Shown: piece after piece, positions 56,644-64,000 of the stretch | How the letters are laid out: the number at the start of each line of letters is the position of its first letter | Numbering within the stretch: the first letter of the stretch is position 1 | Source of the DNA: Pachysolen tannophilus NRRL Y-2460 | Taxonomy: Eukaryota | Reading direction: 5' to 3' | Assembly (NCBI GenBank): GCA_001661245.1 | Contig: KV454011.1 | Coordinates: forward strand, 1,558,834 to 1,622,833 | Length of the DNA stretch: 64,000 bases | Translations under genes and position numbers: made by a program | Notes under the pieces: generated by a model | Databases searched by the model: none | What the model saw: the letters and a program-made list of their open reading frames with translations, nothing else | Told to the model about the DNA's origin: nothing

Positions 56644-58128
56644 ATGTCAAAAAATTCTGAACAACAACCTTTAGTGGAGAATGTCTCTTCAAATACTTAT
56701 GGATCAAACACTATTGAAGGAGGGGATGTTAGTGCAATTGAATCGAACGGTTCAAAAGTTCTTTTAACATCTCCAAGACAAGAAATTTATGCTATTTCCA
56801 AATCTTCACTTCCTTTAATAGTTACATTTTTACTTCAGTATTCGTTAACAGTTGTTTCGATTTTTTCCGTTGGTCATATAGGTAAAACTGAGCTTGCTGC
56901 AGTTTCACTTGCCACGATGACTTTTAATGTCACCAGTAGTATTTTTAATGGTATGGCAACATGCTTAGATACTTTTTGTTCTCAAGCATATGGGGCCAAG
57001 AAATATAACCTTGTTGGACTTTATTTTCAACGTTGTACTGCTATGATCTTGGTTATGTCTATTCCACTTGTTGTCCTGTGGTGTTTTTCGTTCCATTTTT
57101 TGAAATATATTGTTACTGATTTACGGCTTGCATATTTGGCTCAGAGTTATCTTAGAGTCATTGCCTTTGGTGTTCCTGGTTATATTTTTTTTGAAACTGG
57201 TAAAAGATTTCTTCAAGCTCAAGGTATATTTGTTGCAGGTCAATATAGTTTATTTATCTGTGCTCCATTAAACATTTTGTTAAACTACCTCTTAGTATGG
57301 AATAGTTATATAGGTATTGGGTTTCTTGGAGCTCCTTTAGCAACTGCTATTTGTTATTGGGGTATGAGTTTTTTGTTACTTTCATATGCCCTTTTCATTG
57401 ATGGTAAAAATTGTTGGAGCGGTTTAAAATTAAAAGAATCATTTCGGCACTGGGGCCCAATGATGACTCTTGCCTTAAATGGAACCGCAATGCTTTTGTC
57501 TGAATTTATTGCTTTTGAAATTCTTACTCTTTCAGCTGCTAGTTTAGGTACTTCAGTTTTGGCTGCTCAATCAATTGTCTCTACAATGGCTACGTTAGCT
57601 TTCCAAATCCCGTTCTCCATTTCAGTTGCTGCTTCAACAAGAATCGCAAACTTTATCGGTGGTGGGTATTTAAAATCAGCTCAGATAGCTACAAACGTTT
57701 CCTTAATTGGATCATTATTTGTTGGAATTTTCAATTTCAGTATCTTGTTTTTCTTTAAAGGACCTATTGCTCGTTCTTTCACATCAGACAAAAGCGTTTA
57801 CACTATTTCCTTGTCAATCATTTCGATTTTAGCCGTCAACCAATTATACGATTGTTTAAACGTCTTGGCTGCCGGGTGTCTCAGGGGCCAAGGCCGTCAA
57901 CAAGTTGGAAGCACATTAAATTTGATTGCCTATTATATTGTAGCAGTCCCATTAGCTCTAACTTTGGCCTTCAAGTTTGATTGGGGAATCAAAGGTTTAT
58001 GGAGTGGTTTAGGTTGTGGAGTTTTAATCTTGGCCTTGAGTGAAACATATTTTGTAGTGAACTCTGACTGGACCAAAATTGTCGAAGAAGCTGACAAGAG
58101 AAACAATCTGGGAGAAGTTCCAGCTTAA
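56644..58128 (+). CDS. MATE-family exporter (ERC1/YDR338C-like)
   Basis: 'GKTELAAVSLA', 'LDTFCSQAYGA', 'RFLQAQG', 'AASTRIAN', 'LRGQGRQ'; about 12 TM segments. ATG at 56644. Confidence 0.9.
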   Translation: MSKNSEQQPLVENVSSNTYGSNTIEGGDVSAIESNGSKVLLTSPRQEIYAISKSSLPLIVTFLLQYSLTVVSIFSVGHIGKTELAAVSLATMTFNVTSSIFNGMATCLDTFCSQAYGAKKYNLVGLYFQRCTAMILVMSIPLVVLWCFSFHFLKYIVTDLRLAYLAQSYLRVIAFGVPGYIFFETGKRFLQAQGIFVAGQYSLFICAPLNILLNYLLVWNSYIGIGFLGAPLATAICYWGMSFLLLSYALFIDGKNCWSGLKLKESFRHWGPMMTLALNGTAMLLSEFIAFEILTLSAASLGTSVLAAQSIVSTMATLAFQIPFSISVAASTRIANFIGGGYLKSAQIATNVSLIGSLFVGIFNFSILFFFKGPIARSFTSDKSVYTISLSIISILAVNQLYDCLNVLAAGCLRGQGRQQVGSTLNLIAYYIVAVPLALTLAFKFDWGIKGLWSGLGCGVLILALSETYFVVNSDWTKIVEEADKRNNLGEVPA

Positions 58129-58993
58129 TTACATGTATAATAATAGATAATAGATATACATATATATATATTAACCGATAATTTATATTTCATCAACTAA
58201 ACGTAATGAATGTATTGTGAAACCTTGATGTCATCATTACCTGCTCATCGTATTTCCTTCCTACATTCTCACCTCCAATGTCGGGCAGGCCATCTATCTC
58301 TAGCCAAACGCAATTTTTCCCCCGAAGCATGTTTTTAGTGGGCCTAGCCTATTCACTCCCCGGTACATAATAAAAAAGAGCCTGGAAATCTCTGCTTTCT
58401 CCTTTCAGACAACGGCGAGGGGCCGGCGACCGGAACAGTAAACTGGGCGAACAGGGCAATCAGGCGGGGACGGACATAAAGATTACAAAGTGAAAAAAAA
58501 AAAAAATTATTCCGTGGGAATATGCAAGTGTAAGCATTTCCCTTTTTGTTCACCGGTGCTTCAAGCTTATCTTGATATTATTGGGGAGAACGCCTTTTGT
58601 AGGTAGATCTGTTGATGCATTCTGCTGTGATATTTTTTCAAACTGCATTATGCTAGAGAAGAGAAAGTTTAATCAAAGAAAAAAAAGTGAAAAATTCCGC
58701 TCGTAAATAGTAAGTTTATCTGGGTATGTGTATGGGTGAGTGTATTTGTGTGTGCGAGTAATGTATTTTGAATTTTTAGATTACCACCTGCTGCGATATG
58801 ATTCTTTTAGATTGTTATCATTGAGCTGATATCGATAAGATATTTGAGTGAAAAATTTATGGTTTGATTTGAATGCATTTCGAGTAAATAAATAGTTTTG
58901 ATAAATGTTTATATATAGTTTCGTTAGTCTCCAAGGTTGATAACAAATGTTATATGTAGATCAAGTAATGTACCTATAAATATTTATGGAACA

Positions 58994-60700
58994 ATGTCAA
59001 AAATACAAAGCTTACAAGAAAAGTTAAGGTTCTTGGAAGTTCCTCATGAGGGAAAACCTTTAACAATTTTAAGAAACCCTGATTTAGAACCCATGCCTCC
59101 AAATAGAAGAATATGGGGGTTTTGGTCTTTTTTTGGGTATTGGGCTGTTCCAAACATCACTATTTGGACATGGTCGACTGGTTCGGCTATGTTATCGTTA
59201 GGTTTGAATATACAGCAAACTATGGGTGCTTTAACTTTGGGTAATGTTATTATTTGTATTTATACTTGTTTAAATTCTGGTCCTGGTTCGAAATTTCATA
59301 TAGGTTATACGGTTTGTCAAAGAATGATCTTTGGTGTTTATGGTTCTGGGCTTGGTATAGTTATCAGAATAGTGTTATCGATTGTCTTTTATGGTTCTCA
59401 AAGTTGGTTAGGTGGTGTTTCTATAGTGGTTGTGCTTTCTTCTTGGTCCAAGAGTTATATGAATATGGAAAATACTTTCCCTGATAGTCTTAATATGACT
59501 ACGAGAGATTTTATTGGATTTTTAGTTTTCCAAATAATTCAATTTTTCTTTTATTTCATGAAACCAGAAAAGATGAATACTTGGGTTAACGGGTCATGTT
59601 TTATAACATTGATAGCAATGATGGCCATCTTTGGGAATTGCTTAGCAAGAAATGGCGGTCCTGGTCCAATTTGGGATCAAACTGTTGATATGTCTGCATG
59701 GACCACAGGTTGGATGTGGCTTTATTCAATTACAATATGGTATGGAGCTTTAAGTCCAGATGTTACAAATCAATCTGATTTTTCAAGATTTGCTTCATCA
59801 AAAAAGAAAATGTATTTAGGTATAGTTGTTAGTCTTATGACAAGTGGTACTTTTGTTCCATTTATGGGGCTAGTTACAGCATCTACTACATCCCAATTAT
59901 TCGATGATGAATACTGGTTACCAACAGATATTTGCTTACAATGGATGTCAGACAATTATAGTTCTGGTGTGAGAGCTGCTGCATTTTTCTGTGGTTTTGC
60001 ATTTGCTTCATCTCAATTAACATTTAACGTCTTGGCAAATGGGTTTGCAGGAGGTATGGATCTTTCTGGTATATGTCCAAGATATATCAATATTTTCAGA
60101 GGTGCAATTATTACTGCATTACTCTCATGGTGTGTTCAACCTTGGAATTTCTATAATAGTTCTAGTGTTTTCATCAATGTCATGTCCTCGTTTGGCGTTG
60201 TTGTTACACCAATCATTGCAATCATAGTTGCAGATTTCCATTTAGTTAGAAAAGCAAAAATCCCAGTTTCTCATTTATATACTACAGATAAAGATGGAAC
60301 TTTTTATTTCACTAAAGGTGTTAATTGGAGAGCTATTTGTTGCTTCTTTGCTGGTGTTGCTCCAGGTATTCCAGGTTTAATAGCTTCTGTTAGTGATGCT
60401 GAAGTAAAGACAAATATTACAGATTTTTTCTACAATAGTACAATTTTCTCCTTCATCTGTCCCTTGATTCTTTATTACGTGGTTTGCTTAATTTTCCCTG
60501 TTAAAAATGCAGGTGTTATGGATAAAGTTGACATTTTCGATGCTTTCACATTAGACGAATGTTCCCAACTCGATATGGAACCTTATGGTGGATCCTGCGA
60601 AATCGAAGTAATCGAAGGAACAAGTGACGGTATTAAAGAAAAACCCTCTTTCGAAATGAATAAAAAAGTGGATGATAGGTTGGAAGTTACCTCGGTTTAA
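58994..60700 (+). CDS. NCS1-family permease (Thi7/Fur4/Dal4 group)
   Basis: 'LRNPDLEPMPPNRRIWGFWSF', 'NQSDFSRF', 'GGMDLSGICPRYINIFRG', 'GVNWRA'. ATG at 58994. Confidence 0.9.
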   Translation: MSKIQSLQEKLRFLEVPHEGKPLTILRNPDLEPMPPNRRIWGFWSFFGYWAVPNITIWTWSTGSAMLSLGLNIQQTMGALTLGNVIICIYTCLNSGPGSKFHIGYTVCQRMIFGVYGSGLGIVIRIVLSIVFYGSQSWLGGVSIVVVLSSWSKSYMNMENTFPDSLNMTTRDFIGFLVFQIIQFFFYFMKPEKMNTWVNGSCFITLIAMMAIFGNCLARNGGPGPIWDQTVDMSAWTTGWMWLYSITIWYGALSPDVTNQSDFSRFASSKKKMYLGIVVSLMTSGTFVPFMGLVTASTTSQLFDDEYWLPTDICLQWMSDNYSSGVRAAAFFCGFAFASSQLTFNVLANGFAGGMDLSGICPRYINIFRGAIITALLSWCVQPWNFYNSSSVFINVMSSFGVVVTPIIAIIVADFHLVRKAKIPVSHLYTTDKDGTFYFTKGVNWRAICCFFAGVAPGIPGLIASVSDAEVKTNITDFFYNSTIFSFICPLILYYVVCLIFPVKNAGVMDKVDIFDAFTLDECSQLDMEPYGGSCEIEVIEGTSDGIKEKPSFEMNKKVDDRLEVTSV

Positions 60701-61287
60701 AATAAGTGTTGTGTGTTTCTCTTTTTTTTTTTCATTTCTTGTTCTTTCTGATAAGATTTATTTATATACATGTAAATGTATAGCCAATTGCTATTTTTTA
60801 TAAAAAAGGTCCTTATCCCTATTGTTTTCTCTTAAGGATGAAATATTACAACTTGTGCTAGAATACATATTGTACTTTCCCATATCATTAACTCTCAAGT
60901 AATGAATGGTATTCAAAAGATTGCAAAAAATAAAAATGAATCATCTTCTACAAATTAAGGCTAAAGAACGATAACACTTGAAAGTAAAAGCCAACCAAAA
61001 AAAGATAATTAGTCCAATCAGCATTCTGCAATTGAATCTTCAGTCTCTTTCACTCATTAATGGCAGATTGTTTAAAATACCAATTGATTGCTTTCCCATC
61101 TTTGATTTTAATCAATCAATTAAAGTTGTGTAAATTTCGTAAAGTCAATTTCTTTCATTTTTTTCGCCTTTTAATTTTCTAAATGAAGAAAACCGAAATT
61201 GCAACCAAATTATATTTTAATACATAATATTATTTTAATATCATCATTATTTTTTAAAATTTGATGTTATCTGGAATTAATTAGAGC

Positions 61288-63868
61288 ATGGTGGAGACAA
61301 GTTCCAAGGAGGAATCTATTTTCCGTTAGTATATTTTAATTTATTGAAAGTTGAGTTGTGTTTTTATAGTGGTGATTAACTTACTAACAGTTGTATATAT
61401 GTGTTTGTTTTAATTTAGGCTCTGCGGAGATGTCACTCATTCAATTATATATTCCAACAGAAATTTCAAGGCAATCATTGTATTGTTTAGGAAAACTAGG
61501 TACAATTCAATTTAGGGATTTGAATGCCAAAGTTAATGCTTTCCAGAGGTCTTTTGTACAAGAAATCAAGAGATTGGACAATGTTGAAAGACAATACCGG
61601 TTTTTCTCTAATGAATTGCTGATTAGAAATATTAAAATCACTGAAGAGCCATATATGGACAGTGAAAGCAATGATTCAATTGGAAGTTTGGTAAAGGCTT
61701 CAGAAATTGATGAGTACGTTGAAAATGCAAATATATTAGAGGAAAGAGTTTCACAATTGATTGATTCATCTGAAACTTTATTGAAAAGGCAAATGGATTG
61801 CGAGCAACTGTTGCATGTTTTGAGTTGTAGTGATGAATTCTTCAAATTGAACAGTACTCAATCTTCAGATTTGATTGCATTGGAAGATGATGACGATCAA
61901 ATTCTGTTGTCTTCATTGGAGAATGGTGGTGCTCCAATTGTTAATTTTGTTGCTGGAGTTATTGCTAGAAGCAAGATTTTAGCATTACAAAAAATTTTAT
62001 GGAGAAGTTTGAGAGGAAATCTTTACATGAATTTTACAGAGATTTCTAAACCAATCTTTGATCCAAAAAGTAAGAAATTTATAGATAAAAATTGTTTTAT
62101 AATATTCGCCCATGGTGATTTATTATTATCAAGAATCCGCAAGATTTGTGAATCTATGGATAGTGATTTATATTTTGTTGAGCCTGATACCGTTGCTAGG
62201 TCCAAACAAATTTCTGAAGTTCAAAATAGATCTGCTGATATAAACAATGTATTGGATACAACAACTCGTTCTTTAAATGCAGAATTATCAGCAATTGCCG
62301 ATGAATTGTACCTGTGGTGGAATGTTATTAAGTTAGAAAAATCTATATATCAAATTCAAAATAGCTGCTACTATGATTTGGGTAGAAAATGCCTAATTGC
62401 AGAAGGTTGGGTTCCAAACAGCGAATTACAATCTGTCAAGTCGGAACTTTTCAAAATATCAAATAACTCTACAGATTCTGAAACAGTTCCAATTATCATA
62501 AACATATTAGAAACTACAAGAACACCTCCAACGTTCCACAGAACAAATAAATTCACTGTAGGATTCCAAAATATTTGTGATGCTTACGGTATTGCCACGT
62601 ATCGTGAAATTAATGCAGGGTTACCAACAATTGTTACTTTCCCATTTATGTTTGCAATTATGTTTGGTGATCTGGGCCATGGTTTTATAATGACTTTGGC
62701 AGCTTTGACTTTAGTGTTGAATGAAAAACGTATTTTAGCTATGAAAAGAGATGAAATTTTTGACATGGCTTTTGTTGGAAGATATATCCTTTTGTTAATG
62801 GGTATCTTTTCAATGTTCACCGGCCTCATGTACAATGATATCTTTTCAGTTTCTACCACGTTTTTCAAAAGTGGTTGGGAATGGCCCTCCGGGTTTGAAG
62901 TAGGTGATACGGTGTTTGCCAAGCAAGTGGGCGTATATGCTTGGGGATTTGATCCAGTTTGGCATGGTGCTGAAAATGCGTTGTTATTCTCCAATTCTTA
63001 TAAGATGAAATTATCCATTTTAATGGGTTATATGCACATGAGTTACTCTTATATGTTTTCTTTAGCAAATCATATTTATTTCAACTCAATGATAGATATA
63101 ATTGGTAATTTCATTCCCGGATTATTGTTTATGCAAGGAATTTTTGGATACTTATCGATTTGTATCATCTATAAATGGTCAGTTGATTGGATCCATATTG
63201 GGAAATCTCCACCAGGATTATTGAATATGTTGATTTCAATGTTTTTGAGTCCTGGAAATATTGAAGAAGAGCTTTATCCACACCAGGCCACTGTGCAAAT
63301 AATTCTTCTTTTAATTGCACTTGTTTGTGTTCCTTGGTTATTACTTTTGAAACCAATGTACTTCAAGTATCAGTTGTCAAAGAAACATCATTATCATCAA
63401 TTGCAAGACAACGAATCGTCTGCCGCAACTGATCTGAATAATTTGTTAGCCGATATTAACAATGATGATGATGAAGTGCATGAAGAACACACATTTGGTG
63501 ATGTTATGATTCATCAAGTCATCCACACAATTGAATTTTGTCTTAACACTGTTTCTCATACAGCATCTTACTTGAGATTGTGGGCTTTATCTTTAGCTCA
63601 TGCACAATTGAGTACGGTCTTGTGGACCATGACGATTTCTAACACGTTTGGTATGACAGGATTTATTGGTGTTTTCCTGACAGTGGTGATGTTTGCATTT
63701 TGGTTTTGCTTGACCGTTCTGATATTGGTCGTTATGGAAGGTACTTCGGCCATGTTGCATTCTTTAAGATTGCATTGGGTGGAGAGTATGAGTAAGTTTT
63801 TCGAAGGTGAAGGAACATTGTTTGAACCATTTGATTTTAAAACTGTTTTAAACCCTGGGACTGTTTAA
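61288..63868 (+). CDS. VPH1: V-ATPase V0 subunit a, 2 exons, 828 aa
   Basis: Exon 1 61288-61324, intron 61325-61418 (GTTAGT...TACTAAC...TAG) and exon 2 61419-63868 give 'MVETSSKEESIFRSAEMSLIQLYIP'. Also 'SHTASYLRLWALSLAHAQLS' and 'LHSLRLHWVE'. Confidence 0.9.
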
Positions 63869-64000
63869 ATTTAATCTTGTTTTTTTTGATTATACGTACC
63901 ATATATACATTTAATAATTGTTCTCTTTATTTTGCTTGTATTTGACATTATAAAGAATGACTTTGTTTTATATAGATGTTTAGTTTCTTTTATATCGATT

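Noticed and set aside
58700..58990. Donor-like hexamers (GTAAGT, GTATGT, GTGAGT) upstream of the Thi7-like permease, suggesting a TPP-riboswitch intron
   Set aside because: No CTGAGA/TPP aptamer core and no CTAAC branch point are visible.
1..64000. Prokaryote-type systems (CRISPR, IS elements, defence operons) and LTR retrotransposons
   Set aside because: The sequence is eukaryotic with spliceosomal introns; no repeat-spacer arrays or transposase, RT or integrase ORFs were seen.

Overview
This is AT-rich budding-yeast (Saccharomycotina) chromosomal DNA with about 25 protein-coding genes, many microsatellites and one N-gap. I found no tRNA, rRNA, transposon or CRISPR element. CTG codons fall at conserved alanine positions in several unrelated proteins (Dal1 FH[CTG]E, hexokinase QQ[CTG]FEKM, Nop6 LR[CTG]EKG, MrpL22 KK[CTG], Npc2 N[CTG]NLTI). 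The genome therefore very probably uses the CUG=Ala code (Pachysolen/Nakazawaea-type lineage; inference), and the supplied ORF track mistranslates CTG as Leu. Gene order: Pmp22-like, BUD14, KAP104, DAL1, a 6.4-kb intergenic region with an assembly gap, AAF1-like Q-rich protein, full-size ABCG, NPC2, FTH1, MLP1, ETR1, hypothetical, DMT transporter, MRPL22, complex I NI9M subunit (1 intron), SHR3, RPS3, RAC1/RHO5 (2 introns), NOP6, hexokinase, MLH3, LYS14-like Zn2Cys6 factor, secreted agmatinase-family enzyme, MATE exporter, NCS1 permease, VPH1 (1 intron). The best candidate for an undescribed system is the 51.3-60.7 kb block (Lys14-like regulator, secreted ureohydrolase, MATE, NCS1 permease). 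Its promoters carry a perfect and a near-perfect Lys14-type site, but co-regulation is only a hypothesis. All family assignments come from motif recognition; no database searches were run.
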